From positions 42,174-106,173 of the forward strand of contig CALVSW010000003.1 of the NCBI GenBank assembly GCA_944359625.1: DNA of 64,000 bases. Direction: 5' to 3'. The translations under genes were made by a program, and so were the position numbers. A model generated the notes under the pieces. It did not search any database. It was given only the letters and a program-made list of their open reading frames with translations, and had not been told where the DNA came from. The DNA comes from an uncultured Bacilli bacterium. GTDB taxonomy: Bacteria; Bacillota_I; Bacilli_A; RF39; UBA660. Positions 9,703 through 20,534 of this stretch are shown in pieces. Position 1 is the stretch's first letter, and each line of letters begins with the position of its first letter.

Positions 9703-10587
9703 ATGAAAAATAAAATTTATCTTTTTTTAGTAATTATTTTAACACCATTAGCAATATTATCTAAACCTCAAACTAAGTCTAACTTAGAAAAAGAAAATAA
9801 TATAATGGTGCAATTACAAATAAATGATGAATTATTAACGTTACCATTAGAAGATTATGTAATAGGAGTAGTAGCACAAGAAATGCCTGCTTCTTTTTAT
9901 GATGAAGCAATTAAAGCCCAAGCTGTAGCAGCAAGAACATTTGCTCTTTATAATTTACAAAATAATGATTATTTAACTACAGGTATGCAAGCTTATATTA
10001 GTGTAGAACAAATGCAAGAAAAATGGAAAGAAGAATTTGATTATTATTATAATAAAATAAAAAATTTAGTTTTGGAAACAAAAGATTTAGTATTAACTTA
10101 TAATGGTAATTTAATTAAATCTTATTATTATGCGATGAGTAATGGAATGACAGAAGATTCTTTAGCAGTTTTTAATGAGGATTTGCCTTATATAAAAGAG
10201 GTATCATCTAGTTATGATAATGAATCTTTAAATAAATTTAATTATGAATTAGTTCTTAGTAAAGAAGAATTTTGTAGTAAATTAAATATTTCTTGTTCAA
10301 AGATAAATATTTCTTCTATAGAAAAAGATTATTCAAATCGTGTTAGTAGTTTAAAAATAAATAATAAAACTTTTTCTGGTATAGAAGTAAGAAAATTATT
10401 AGATTTGCGATCTACGGATTTTAATATTGAAGTTGCTGATAATATAATAATTACAACTAAAGGTTATGGTCATGGTGTTGGTATGAGTCAATATGGTGCG
10501 AACGGAATGGCTAAAGATAATAAAAATTTTATAGAAATACTTAACCATTATTATCAAAATGTTGAAATAGAAAAATATAATGTATAA
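9703..10587 (+). CDS. spoIID: Stage II sporulation protein D (lytic transglycosylase)
   Basis: VVAQEMPASFYDEAIKAQAVAARTFAL and GHGVGMSQYGANGMA motifs. ATG at 9703 after RBS AAAGGA. Confidence 0.9.
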   Translation: MKNKIYLFLVIILTPLAILSKPQTKSNLEKENNIMVQLQINDELLTLPLEDYVIGVVAQEMPASFYDEAIKAQAVAARTFALYNLQNNDYLTTGMQAYISVEQMQEKWKEEFDYYYNKIKNLVLETKDLVLTYNGNLIKSYYYAMSNGMTEDSLAVFNEDLPYIKEVSSSYDNESLNKFNYELVLSKEEFCSKLNISCSKINISSIEKDYSNRVSSLKINNKTFSGIEVRKLLDLRSTDFNIEVADNIIITTKGYGHGVGMSQYGANGMAKDNKNFIEILNHYYQNVEIEKYNV

Positions 10588-10631
10588 TTCTTTTTTCTTT
10601 TGTTAAAACTTTCTAATAGGAAGGTGAAATA

Positions 10632-11279
10632 ATGAAAAGAAGAAAACTAAGAGGTTATGTAATTCCTACTATATGTTTAATATTAATATGTACAATTATC
10701 TTTAGCAGTTATAAAATGTATGAAATATTATCTTACAAACCAGTTGAAGAAGATATCCAAAGTGAGCCTGTAATTAATAATAATTATGATAATGATGAGA
10801 TTGTTAATGCTACAACTACTTCTAATTCTATTATTAGGCCATACACTTCAGATTCAGTTACCGCTACAATTCCATTTTATAACCGTGAAGGTACAGAGGA
10901 AGAACAAACAGCAGCTTTAATTTATTATGAAGGAATTTACATGCAAAATACAGGTGTTTTATATACTGCTAATGAAGCATTTGATTGTGTTGCTGTATTA
11001 GATGGAGTTGTAAAAAATATAAAAGAAGATAGTATAATGGGGAATATTGTTGAAATAGAACATACTAATTCTTTAACAACTATTTATCAAAATCTAGGGG
11101 AAGTAAAAGTTACAATTGGTGCTAGTGTTAAGCAAGGAGATGTTATTGCAGTATCAGGTAATAACACGTTAACTTCAGATAATTCTAATGCTCTACATTT
11201 TGAAGTATTTTATAAAGGGGAATTAATTAACCCAGAAGAATTCTATTTATATGATTATGAAGAAGTAATTAATGAATAA
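10632..11279 (+). CDS. M23/LytM-domain peptidase family protein (SpoIIQ-like context)
   Basis: N-terminal TM. The C-terminal LytM domain (IVEIEHTNSLTTIYQNL...GDVIAVSG...ALHFEVFYKGELINP) shows ALHFE where I expect HxH, which suggests a degenerate active site. Confidence 0.7.
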   Translation: MKRRKLRGYVIPTICLILICTIIFSSYKMYEILSYKPVEEDIQSEPVINNNYDNDEIVNATTTSNSIIRPYTSDSVTATIPFYNREGTEEEQTAALIYYEGIYMQNTGVLYTANEAFDCVAVLDGVVKNIKEDSIMGNIVEIEHTNSLTTIYQNLGEVKVTIGASVKQGDVIAVSGNNTLTSDNSNALHFEVFYKGELINPEEFYLYDYEEVINE

Positions 11280-11802
11280 AATAAGTATTTATTTTAATGA
11301 TAATACTTATCAAGTAATAACAAATAAAATATCCTCTTTTACATCAAATTATGTTTTAGATAGTAATATTCAAGATAAAAATAATTTTTTAAAAGAGTTT
11401 AAGGAAAATAATAAGCAAAATAAGTTTATGAGTACTATAGTACCTTATAATTTAGATATATATTTAAATTTTCCAATAACAGAAAAAGATAACTTTTATT
11501 ATTTAGATATATTTGAAGAATTAAATTTTAATAAAATTAAATTAAAATATATAACTGAATTACTAGATAGTAAAACTTATTTAATAAGTAATTATAATTC
11601 TTTATATATTATTTATAAAAATAATACTATTAAAATTTATAAATATTTACTAAAAGAATTTATAAATAAAAAACATTTTAAGAAGTTATATTTATTTGGA
11701 AATAATATTAATAATCTAGATTATAGTAAAATATATATATTTAGTAACTATAAAAATTACATAGCTAAAAAAGTTTTAGATATCAATAAACTAGAAATTT
11801 GA
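11272..11802 (+). CDS. Hypothetical protein
   Basis: 176-aa ORF overlapping the upstream gene by 8 nt and ending in TGA. No motif recognised. Confidence 0.4.
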   Translation: MNKISIYFNDNTYQVITNKISSFTSNYVLDSNIQDKNNFLKEFKENNKQNKFMSTIVPYNLDIYLNFPITEKDNFYYLDIFEELNFNKIKLKYITELLDSKTYLISNYNSLYIIYKNNTIKIYKYLLKEFINKKHFKKLYLFGNNINNLDYSKIYIFSNYKNYIAKKVLDINKLEI

Positions 11803-11837
11803 TATCTTTTTTGTTATAATGTAATCGGAGGTATTAT

Positions 11838-12365
11838 ATGCGAATTAAAATTCGTGGTGAAAAAATAACAGCTACTGATGCAATCAAAAATTATATTGAA
11901 GAAAAAATGGGGCGATTAGATAAGTACTTTAATAGTGAAGATATTGAAGCTAATATTGTTATGAAGTCTAATAAGAATTCTAAAACTATTGAAGTAACTA
12001 TACCGACAGGAAGTTTAACTTTAAGACGTGAAGAGGAAAACGAAGATTTATATGCCGCTATCGATTCTGTAATCGATAAATTAGAAAGACAAATAAGAAA
12101 AAATAAGTCTCGTTTAGAAAAAAGACTTAAAGTTACTAATGAAGTAACATTTTCTCTTGATTTTAAGGATGATACTCCAAATGATACAAAAAAAATTGTT
12201 AAGAGAAAAAATTTTGACAGTAAACCTATGAGTGAAGAGGAAGCAATTTTACAATTAGAGCTATTAGATCATGATTTCTTTGTATTTAAGAATGCTGAAA
12301 ATGATTGTATTTCTGTTCTTTATAGAAGAAAAGATAAGAATTATGGTATTATAAATATAAATTAA
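11838..12365 (+). CDS. hpf: Ribosome hibernation promoting factor (long HPF)
   Basis: MRIKIRGEKITATDAIKNYIEEKMGRLDKYF N-domain plus dimerisation C-domain (KPMSEEEAILQLELLDHDFFVFKN). Confidence 0.9.
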   Translation: MRIKIRGEKITATDAIKNYIEEKMGRLDKYFNSEDIEANIVMKSNKNSKTIEVTIPTGSLTLRREEENEDLYAAIDSVIDKLERQIRKNKSRLEKRLKVTNEVTFSLDFKDDTPNDTKKIVKRKNFDSKPMSEEEAILQLELLDHDFFVFKNAENDCISVLYRRKDKNYGIININ

Positions 12366-12371
12366 ATAAAA

Positions 12372-12411
12372 ACCTATAAAGTTTAATATTACTTTATAGG
12401 TCTTTTTTTTT
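12372..12411. terminator. Bidirectional terminator between hpf and the convergent DUF3006 gene
   Basis: 11-bp stem ACCTATAAAGT/ACTTTATAGGT, T-run on the + strand and A-run upstream. It overlaps the last codons of the minus-strand gene. Confidence 0.7.
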
Positions 12412-12618
12412 GACTTTATTAAATTTTTCTTTTATAAGTTCTATTCTTTTTTTCTTAGTCTCTAAATCTAGTCTAAATTTATTATTATCATAATATAATA
12501 CATCGCCATCTTTTACCAAAAAATTAATTTTATCCTTAGGTATTTCTAAAATACTTTTATCTTTTAAATTTTCTAAGATTATTATATTATTTTCGATTCT
12601 ATCAACTACATATTTCAT
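12394..12618 (-). CDS. DUF3006-like small protein
   Basis: MKYVVDRIENNIIILENL...VKDGDVLYYDNNKF resembles DUF3006, which commonly follows ComEC-type MBL genes. The ATG at 12618 lies 1 nt after the upstream stop. Confidence 0.55.
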   Translation of the reverse strand: MKYVVDRIENNIIILENLKDKSILEIPKDKINFLVKDGDVLYYDNNKFRLDLETKKKRIELIKEKFNKVKKKDL

Positions 12619-12619
12619 T

Positions 12620-13495
12620 TTATCCATCCGTATTAGTTTTTTCTGTTCTAAAATTAATTGTTTTTCCATCACTAGTAGATATTATAGTACCTTCTAAGTC
12701 CGTACGATATATTTGAATATTATTTTCTTCTAATAAGTTAATTGTTTTATTACTAGGATGTCCATAAGAATTATCTTTACCTACAGAAATAACAGCATAT
12801 TTAGGATTTACTTTGTTAATAAAATTTTCGGTAGTCGAATATTTTGAGCCATGATGACCAATCTTTATAACATCAGCTTTTATATTACTATTAATTATAT
12901 TTTCTTCAACTATATCAGTAGCATCTCCCATAAATAAATATCTATTATCTCCATATGTTAATTTTAATACTATTGATGTATTATTTAAGTCATTATCATC
13001 TTCTCCTACATACATAACTTCAAATATAGCATTACCTAAATTAAATTTTTCTCCAATTGTAGGCGTATTTAATTCAACATTTTTTTCATCAAGAGCATCA
13101 AGAACATCTTCAAATGTTTTAGTAGTAGTAATTACATTAGGCATATAAAAGTTATCAATATTAAAATTATCGATAATATCATCCATGCCACCAATATGAT
13201 CTTCATGAGGATGAGTACCAAATACATATTCAAAATCTGTAATACCTAAATTTTTAAAATAATCTACTAATAAATTACCATCATTATTATTTCCAGCATC
13301 AATTAGTGCGTATTTATCATTTTCTTTTATCATAATTGCATCTGCTTGACCAACATCGATAAAATATACTTGTAAATTACCATTTTCTATATTACTTGTA
13401 CTAGGTTTATTATAATATAAAAATGTACCAAATATAGTTAATAATAGTATAAAAATACCATTAAAAATTCTTAAATTATTATTTTTTTTCTTCAT
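12620..13495 (-). CDS. MBL-fold metallo-hydrolase (ComEC C-terminal-domain-like), membrane anchored
   Basis: N-terminal TM; HPHEDHIGG metallo-beta-lactamase motif; IKIGHHGSKYS. Confidence 0.8.
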   Translation of the reverse strand: MKKKNNNLRIFNGIFILLLTIFGTFLYYNKPSTSNIENGNLQVYFIDVGQADAIMIKENDKYALIDAGNNNDGNLLVDYFKNLGITDFEYVFGTHPHEDHIGGMDDIIDNFNIDNFYMPNVITTTKTFEDVLDALDEKNVELNTPTIGEKFNLGNAIFEVMYVGEDDNDLNNTSIVLKLTYGDNRYLFMGDATDIVEENIINSNIKADVIKIGHHGSKYSTTENFINKVNPKYAVISVGKDNSYGHPSNKTINLLEENNIQIYRTDLEGTIISTSDGKTINFRTEKTNTDG

Positions 13496-13606
13496 TTCTA
13501 CTACTCTCCTAAATTAATATTATCATATTTTATAAATTTTATTAAATAAAAAATTAGCAAAAAAATAAAATAAAGAGTATAATAGTTATACATTTGGAGG
13601 GTTATA

Positions 13607-14083
13607 ATGTATAATAAAGGAAGTTTAGTAGTATATAAAAGGGATGTATGTAAAGTTATTGATATACGTGTCATTCATGATGAATCTTATTACGTATTAA
13701 ATTCTACTATTGATAGTAGTTTAAAAATAGATGTTCCTGTTAATAAAGAAAAGAAATTATTACGTCCTTTAATAACAAAAAAAGAATTAGATAATTTAAT
13801 AAATGAAATAAAGTTTTTACCTGTTTTAGATGTCGAAGCTCGTATGTTAGAAGATGAATATAAAAGGCTTTTAAAAGATGGGACAATGGAATCTTTAATA
13901 ACTATTATAAAAACGGCTCATTTAAGAAATAAAATTAGACAAGAAAATAAAAAAAAGTTAGCTGATAATGATCAGTATTACTTTAATTTAGCTGAAAGAT
14001 ATTTATATAATGAAATTTCTTATGTATTAAATGTTAGTTATGATGATGCTAAAAATTATATTATAGAAAAATTAAATAAATAA
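13607..14083 (+). CDS. CarD/CdnL-family transcriptional regulator-like protein
   Basis: 158 aa with an N-terminal Tudor-like KGSLVVYKRDVCKVIDI and a helical C-terminus, matching CarD_CdnL_TRCF architecture. Confidence 0.65.
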   Translation: MYNKGSLVVYKRDVCKVIDIRVIHDESYYVLNSTIDSSLKIDVPVNKEKKLLRPLITKKELDNLINEIKFLPVLDVEARMLEDEYKRLLKDGTMESLITIIKTAHLRNKIRQENKKKLADNDQYYFNLAERYLYNEISYVLNVSYDDAKNYIIEKLNK

Positions 14084-14087
14084 AAAG

Positions 14088-15314
14088 TTACTTTTTTAAT
14101 TGAGTAAAAAATTGCTCAATTCTTTTTATATTATTTTCTTGATAACCAGCCATTTTTTTATTAAGTAAAATACTTTTTATAGTTTCAAGTTCATTATTTT
14201 TAATATTTATTAACTTATTTAATCTAGATTTAGAAATAGGTTTATTAGCTTGTGTATTAACATAATCCTCTTTTTCGTAACAAAATAATTTAATATATGG
14301 AAAATAGTTTTTTACTTTGTCAGCAATTAGTAACCCTTCAGGATCAAAATCGCCATTGTAATAAATTTGTGTCTTTTTATCTATTTTATCTATTAATTTA
14401 TAAAAAGCTAAATTTGGCATTCCTGAAGTTATAATAATACTAGCTTTTTTTGTTTTAAAATAATTTAATATTGAAGGATTTTCAAAAATAAATATTTTAT
14501 TATTTAGACCCGTAATTGAACTAATATTATTAATATTATCCATATTTAATATCAGTGCCCCAAATTTATTATTAAACTCTTCAATTATATTTTCACCTAT
14601 TAAATTAAAAGTAATAACATAGTTAGAAATTGTATCATTATAAACATTTAATTCTGCTAACAAATTCCACTTATCTTCATTACAAGTTAATTTAAATTTT
14701 TTTATTTCACTTAAAATATGAAAAAATAAAGTATTACTAGAGGAATTTAAATCTAAAAAATGAGGATTACCTGTTAATGAAGCATATAAAGGTAGAGAAG
14801 TTGGTTTATTAGGTATATTATTGAGTAATATATCAATATTAATTAATTCTTTTTCTAAAGTACCTTTATTATATTTTTTCTTTAATAAAGAACTTATAAT
14901 ATTCTTATTATTTATATTAAAACATATAATATTTTTTAAATAATTATTATTTAATTTATTTAAAATATTATTTAAATATTGTTTATAATCATTTTCTTTT
15001 TCTAACTTTATTTCTTTATTAGTTTTTAAATTATCAATATTTAAAAAACTTGTAATTAGATTTACTAAGTTAAAATCTTTAAATTTACTTTTTTCTATTA
15101 CTTTATTAAAAGTACTTAAAGAAATCTTTATATCACTACCAACTTCAAAATTTGTACCAAAAAATCTTTCAAAGGTGTTTTTTTCTATTTGAGTAATATT
15201 ATTTATTTTTACAAATCCTTTAAAAGTACCAGTGGATTCATATTTGTCTTTTAAAACTTTTATAAAACGAGTAAAACCATCTTTGTTTTTTTGAAAATAA
15301 TCTAAATAATTCAT
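14088..15314 (-). CDS. jetD: Wadjet JetD (TIGR02679/DUF2399-type, Toprim-like nuclease subunit)
   Basis: 408 aa. C-terminal IFIFENPSILNYF ... IYYNGDFDPEGLLIADKV gives Toprim-like E and DxD motifs. The start overlaps the jetC stop as ATGA. Confidence 0.8.
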   Translation of the reverse strand: MNYLDYFQKNKDGFTRFIKVLKDKYESTGTFKGFVKINNITQIEKNTFERFFGTNFEVGSDIKISLSTFNKVIEKSKFKDFNLVNLITSFLNIDNLKTNKEIKLEKENDYKQYLNNILNKLNNNYLKNIICFNINNKNIISSLLKKKYNKGTLEKELINIDILLNNIPNKPTSLPLYASLTGNPHFLDLNSSSNTLFFHILSEIKKFKLTCNEDKWNLLAELNVYNDTISNYVITFNLIGENIIEEFNNKFGALILNMDNINNISSITGLNNKIFIFENPSILNYFKTKKASIIITSGMPNLAFYKLIDKIDKKTQIYYNGDFDPEGLLIADKVKNYFPYIKLFCYEKEDYVNTQANKPISKSRLNKLINIKNNELETIKSILLNKKMAGYQENNIKRIEQFFTQLKK

Positions 15315-18300
15315 AAGTCACCATCTAATGATATTCTTACTTTACCATTCCAACGATAATGCTTTACCCCAATAGTTTTACTAACATGATCGCTAACTAA
15401 TTCACAAATAGATATATCTTTAACAGTGCTATAATCACACCATAAAGCTTGACTAGTTAGAATATAATCTAAATCAAAAGAACTTAATATAGCAAACATT
15501 TCTTCGATATTATCATCATCTACTCCCGCAAATGCTTCATCTAATGCTATTAAACGCGGAGCATCTTCATTGGCACTAGATAGTTTAGCACATATACTTG
15601 CAAAAAGTGGTATATACATTGTTTTGGCCTTTTCTCCGCCACTAAATACGGAAAAAGCCTTATCAGTTAATTCTCTTCTTTCCCCGTCAAGTCTTTTATA
15701 ATACAATTTAAATTCAAACCAATTACGATAATCAAGAATATTAAATATTATATCGTTATATGATTGTTTATTTTCTTCCATAACTTCTTCAGCATTAGCT
15801 ATCTTAGCTCTAAAATGTTTAATTAATTTGTTAATAATCTCATCATTTAGTAAATCTGGATCCATTTTAAATATTTCAACTAAATCTTTAGTATCCATTT
15901 CTTCTAACGATTCTTTACTTTTATTTAACCAAGATAAATAGAATCTTAAATTACTATCTTTCCCTTTTTCTTCCATAATATCATTAATATTTTTAACCCA
16001 TTCTTTGGCAGAATTTATTTTATCTTTTATTTTACTACCTATAGTTCTTAATAATATATCTTCAAATAAATGTCTATCTTTTTCACTTAATAATATTTTA
16101 TTACTTTCATAATCATCTTTTAAATTACTTAACAAAGTATATAAATTAACTTTTTTCCCTTGATAAATTGCAGTAATATCTTGTCGTTCAGCTTCATTAA
16201 AAATATTTATTAATTTTTCTTCTGGTATATCTTTATCTAAATATAATTTAATACTTAGATTTTTGTTATCAAATAAAACTATATCGTTTAACGAGTAATC
16301 AATTAAACTTTGACGATAATTATTAAAACCATTGTAATAGTTAGCAGTTGCTCTCGTTTTATCTAAACTATTAATAGTACTTATTCTATTTAACAATAAA
16401 TCAACATTATTTTCATTTAATTCAAAATCATTAATAACATATTTTAAGTTAAATTCTTCTTCTAATATATTAAAATATAAATCTAAATATATTTTCATTT
16501 CTTCTATCTGATTATGTAATTCTTGATAGTTAGCATTTTTTTGAATTATATTTTCACTAATTTTACCTAAATTTCTCTCTAATTCACTACTTTTTTCAGG
16601 ATAATTATTTATAATTAATTCTAATTTTTTTAATTTATCACTAATTTCTTTATATTCATCAGTATTAAGAGTTTTTTCTATAACTTGATATTCTGTTTCT
16701 TTTTTAGTTAAAATTTTATTATCTTCAGCAATAATACTTAAATAGTCATCAAAAGTTTTACTTACATCTTTTAAATAATCTAAATTATTTTGTTTTAGCT
16801 CTTTTAATGAATTAATCTCATATTCTCTATTTTTTATAGAATAAAAATCTTTCTCTATGATTTCTATAATAGTACTAGCTTCGTTAAAACTTGCTAAATT
16901 TAAAGGGATTTTATTATTACCTTTAATCTTATTTAACTCTAACATAAGATTTTCTAATTCATTATTTAATTTTTTTAACTCTTCTTCTTGCTCATTTTTA
17001 TTTTCTAAAATAATCTTAGTTTTAATATTGTTTTCTTCAATATCAGAAATAATATTTTTTAAAGTATAGACATTTGGAAAATCTTTCCTTTCATCATTTA
17101 GAATATAGTTATTATTTTCTAAACTAATTTTTAAATTTTCTACACTAGTAATTTTACTTTTCAATTCATTTATAAGATTTTTTTGCTTACTTATCTTTTT
17201 TAAGTGTTCATTTTTTCTATTTAAAAACCCAATATATTTTGCTTCATATATGTTATTATAACCATGCAATACATCAAACTTATAAGATTTTTCATTTATA
17301 TAACTATTATCGGTCTCATCAATACTTATTGATTCTAATATACTAAGGATATAATCTTCTGAAAAATATTTAATATTTTTGATAGGATTAAAATATTTAC
17401 TTAGATTATTTTTCTTTTTATTACTTGGAACTAAATAAGTAATGTTGGTATTAGAAACTTTTTTAATATCTTCTAATAAAATTATTTTAGCATTTAATAA
17501 TCCAGAAGATAATAGATTTGCTTCTAGTGAGTTTTTAATATTTTTATCTATATCATCTTTAAATTCAATAACTTTATAGAAGGAAATATAATTAATATTA
17601 TTATTTATTAAATATAAATTAGTTTCAGATTCTAATTCTTTATCCGTTAATTCAATTTCTTCTTCACTTTCTAATTTAGAAAGAATATTTTCTTCATCTT
17701 TTAATTCATTATTAAAATCAGTTAATTTAACTTCTAAACTAGATAATTTTTTAGTATTTTCTTGATAATATCTTTGAAATATTTCATCATATTTATTCTT
17801 AGCTAAATCATAATTATCTAAATTAAAATCAGCTAATATATTAATTATTTCTTTTAAATCAGCATCTTCTAATATAAATTCTTTGTGTTTACGATTATTT
17901 TCTATTAAAATATTTATAAAATTATCTTTTTCATTATCTAATTTTACATTTAATTCTTTTATTAATTCATCTATTTTATTATATTCTTTAATTAGTTTAT
18001 TAAATTTAACCTCGCTTTTTTCAATTTTATTATTATATTCTTCTTTTTCTTTTAATATATTTCTAATTCTCTCTATATCTTTTTTCTTATTAATAATAGA
18101 ATCATTAATAATGTCAAAACTTTCTAGATTTCCTGATATAATCAAATTTAAGTAATTTTCTAAAGTATTAAAATAAATTTTTTTACTATAATCTTCAATA
18201 TTACTAATTATTTTTTTAACTTCATTATTTAATAAATTAATTTTATTTTCATAGCCTTCATTATTTTTATTAAGATTATTAATCTTGTTTTTACTTGATT

Positions 18301-19366
18301 CTAAATTTTCTTTTTTAATAATTAAATTATTTTTTAAATCTTTTATTTCATTTTCTAACTCAGCAAGTCTTTTAGTTTTAGAAATAATATCTTTATTATT
18401 ATTATTTTCTTTTTCTATAATTGCTTTATCATACTCTTCTTTTAATTCTTTTATTTTCTTTTCTAAAATCCCTTTTTCAACTTCTAAATTATTATTTTCT
18501 TCTTTAAGTTTATTAAAATTTTCAATTAACTTATTATATTCTTTTTTAGTATCAGAGTATTTCTTAGCTTTTAAATATAATATTACTTGATTATAATTAT
18601 TATATACTTTAATAAAATTATTTAAGTCTTTAATTTTACTATTTAAGTCATCTATTTTTTCTTTAATAGTATTCATAGATTCAATAGTTTCTACTAATGG
18701 ATTAAGATCATCATTAGAAAGTGGTGGTAAAACATCATTTAAAGTTTTCATTAAAATACTCGGTTTATATTCTTTTGATAATTTAGGACTTCTAATTTGT
18801 AAAATAATATTTATAAATTCATCAAAAGATTCACTACTTTTAAACCCATATAATAAATTATTTACCATTTTTTTATATTCTTTGGCAGATTCTACAAAAA
18901 TATTATTTATTCCTAAACTAGCTCTTAACTCTAATTTAGTTAAAGGTGTTTTATTAAAACCATCTTTTTGTTTATATAGTTCAAATCCATCGTGCACTCT
19001 TCGTCCATCTTTTAAAGCAAAACCAAAAAAATCAGTTTGTTTTCCCCGTTTTGCTGTTAATCCAATTCCAATAGTAATATATTTTTCTTTTTTAGAATCA
19101 AAAAATTCCATGTATAAGTAGCCCGTTGAATTATCTTTATCTTCTCCTAATAGATAATATTCTATATGTTTATCGCTACCTCCAAAAGTATCTAATCTTT
19201 TAGGCGTTTTATTACCATCTAAAATAAGTGGAATAAATGATTGCATTGTAACAGATTTACCACTTCCATTTTTCCCTCTTAAAAGCATTTTCCCATCAAA
19301 AAATTCATATTCTTCTTCATCATAATACCAAAAGTTTAAAAGACCTAATTTTGTCGGTTTAATCAT
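15311..19366 (-). CDS. jetC: Wadjet JetC (TIGR02680-type SMC-like ATPase)
   Basis: About 1350 aa. Walker A LRGKNGSGKSV, a coiled coil of about 1000 aa rich in K/E/N, signature FSGGEKAKT and Walker B PRLIALDEAFAGVDD. The ATG at 19366 follows RBS GGGGTGA (ORF opens at the GTG at 19375). Confidence 0.9.
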   Translation of the reverse strand: MIKPTKLGLLNFWYYDEEEYEFFDGKMLLRGKNGSGKSVTMQSFIPLILDGNKTPKRLDTFGGSDKHIEYYLLGEDKDNSTGYLYMEFFDSKKEKYITIGIGLTAKRGKQTDFFGFALKDGRRVHDGFELYKQKDGFNKTPLTKLELRASLGINNIFVESAKEYKKMVNNLLYGFKSSESFDEFINIILQIRSPKLSKEYKPSILMKTLNDVLPPLSNDDLNPLVETIESMNTIKEKIDDLNSKIKDLNNFIKVYNNYNQVILYLKAKKYSDTKKEYNKLIENFNKLKEENNNLEVEKGILEKKIKELKEEYDKAIIEKENNNNKDIISKTKRLAELENEIKDLKNNLIIKKENLESSKNKINNLNKNNEGYENKINLLNNEVKKIISNIEDYSKKIYFNTLENYLNLIISGNLESFDIINDSIINKKKDIERIRNILKEKEEYNNKIEKSEVKFNKLIKEYNKIDELIKELNVKLDNEKDNFINILIENNRKHKEFILEDADLKEIINILADFNLDNYDLAKNKYDEIFQRYYQENTKKLSSLEVKLTDFNNELKDEENILSKLESEEEIELTDKELESETNLYLINNNINYISFYKVIEFKDDIDKNIKNSLEANLLSSGLLNAKIILLEDIKKVSNTNITYLVPSNKKKNNLSKYFNPIKNIKYFSEDYILSILESISIDETDNSYINEKSYKFDVLHGYNNIYEAKYIGFLNRKNEHLKKISKQKNLINELKSKITSVENLKISLENNNYILNDERKDFPNVYTLKNIISDIEENNIKTKIILENKNEQEEELKKLNNELENLMLELNKIKGNNKIPLNLASFNEASTIIEIIEKDFYSIKNREYEINSLKELKQNNLDYLKDVSKTFDDYLSIIAEDNKILTKKETEYQVIEKTLNTDEYKEISDKLKKLELIINNYPEKSSELERNLGKISENIIQKNANYQELHNQIEEMKIYLDLYFNILEEEFNLKYVINDFELNENNVDLLLNRISTINSLDKTRATANYYNGFNNYRQSLIDYSLNDIVLFDNKNLSIKLYLDKDIPEEKLINIFNEAERQDITAIYQGKKVNLYTLLSNLKDDYESNKILLSEKDRHLFEDILLRTIGSKIKDKINSAKEWVKNINDIMEEKGKDSNLRFYLSWLNKSKESLEEMDTKDLVEIFKMDPDLLNDEIINKLIKHFRAKIANAEEVMEENKQSYNDIIFNILDYRNWFEFKLYYKRLDGERRELTDKAFSVFSGGEKAKTMYIPLFASICAKLSSANEDAPRLIALDEAFAGVDDDNIEEMFAILSSFDLDYILTSQALWCDYSTVKDISICELVSDHVSKTIGVKHYRWNGKVRISLDGDL

Positions 19367-20534
19367 TATTATCACCCCATATATCTAATTGCTTATTCTT
19401 ATTTTCTATTAACTTACTACTAAAAATTCTAATGGCAGGAAGAATTTCATAATAATTATCAACATTCCTAATGAATGTGTATGTTTCTAAAATATCAATT
19501 ATATTATCAAAAAAAGCACTATCTGTTAAATCTTTTAATGTTTTACTTAAATAAATATTGTATTTATTTTTAATACCAATGATTATGTTATATAAATCTT
19601 CATAACTTATTTTTCCAATTTCATATTCATTTAAGATTATTTTATTTTCTTTAATAAGTTCATATAATTTTGTAAGTACTATTAAAACTATTGCAGAAAT
19701 TCTTTTATTATTTGGAAAACTATCTTTAGTTAAAGCATTTTCGTTTTCAAAAACCAAAGCCATATTTTTAGTAAGTTCTAATTCATAATTTAAATTACTT
19801 AATTCATTACTTATATGATGTCTTAATTGTTTTAAATAATCTATCTCACTTTTTGAAATATCATTCATATAAATACAAGGTGTATAAATTAAATTACGAT
19901 ATATTTTATATTTTCTAATATCCCCTTTTTCATCATTTTGATATGTCCATTCATCTTTAATAAAATCTTCTTCTTGTTTTATATCAAATATTTCGTTATT
20001 AAACATCCGCATAACATAATTTGATAATCCAGTAGAAATATACAAAGCTTCTGCGTTTTCATTATCGCTAAAATCATCTTTACTTGCATCTTTAAGTTTT
20101 ATAACCTTTATCTTTTCTAAAAAATTTACTGCTCTTTTTAAACTTTTTCGCTCTTTAGTAAGTGTCCAATTGGGTACATTATTTAGTTCTAATGCTACAG
20201 CAGTATTTTTAACATAATCTATTAAATCAGAAAGCATAAAATATGTTTCTCTCGTTTTATCTTCGAGAAATAATAATATTAAACATAAATAAATATAGTC
20301 AGTTTGTAATATAAAATTAGGTAAACCTATACTTTCTAAAGCTTGTGCTGGTATTTTTTCTAACTTTATAAAACGATCGTGAATTATTAAACGACTGCCT
20401 AATGTTTTATTAATATAATCTCTTAATAAATGTTGATTTCTTTTAATCTTATAGTAGTTATCTAAGTCATCTTCTTTTAAAATCCAAAAATTATTTAATA
20501 ATAATTGCATACATTCATTTATAGTCTCACTCAT
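19359..20534 (-). CDS. jetB: Wadjet JetB (TIGR02678/DUF2398-type kleisin-associated subunit)
   Basis: About 391 aa, overlapping both neighbours by 8 nt. Size and position match the second gene of TIGR02677-02680 cassettes. ORF opens at 20549. Confidence 0.75.
   Translation of the reverse strand: MSETINECMQLLLNNFWILKEDDLDNYYKIKRNQHLLRDYINKTLGSRLIIHDRFIKLEKIPAQALESIGLPNFILQTDYIYLCLILLFLEDKTRETYFMLSDLIDYVKNTAVALELNNVPNWTLTKERKSLKRAVNFLEKIKVIKLKDASKDDFSDNENAEALYISTGLSNYVMRMFNNEIFDIKQEEDFIKDEWTYQNDEKGDIRKYKIYRNLIYTPCIYMNDISKSEIDYLKQLRHHISNELSNLNYELELTKNMALVFENENALTKDSFPNNKRISAIVLIVLTKLYELIKENKIILNEYEIGKISYEDLYNIIIGIKNKYNIYLSKTLKDLTDSAFFDNIIDILETYTFIRNVDNYYEILPAIRIFSSKLIENKNKQLDIWGDNND

Noticed and set aside
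15311-19366. Extreme low-complexity K/N/E/I composition of JetC, as a possible sign of a degenerate gene
   Set aside because: The ORF is uninterrupted for about 1350 codons with intact Walker A, signature and Walker B motifs. The composition reflects coiled-coil arms in a 25% GC genome.
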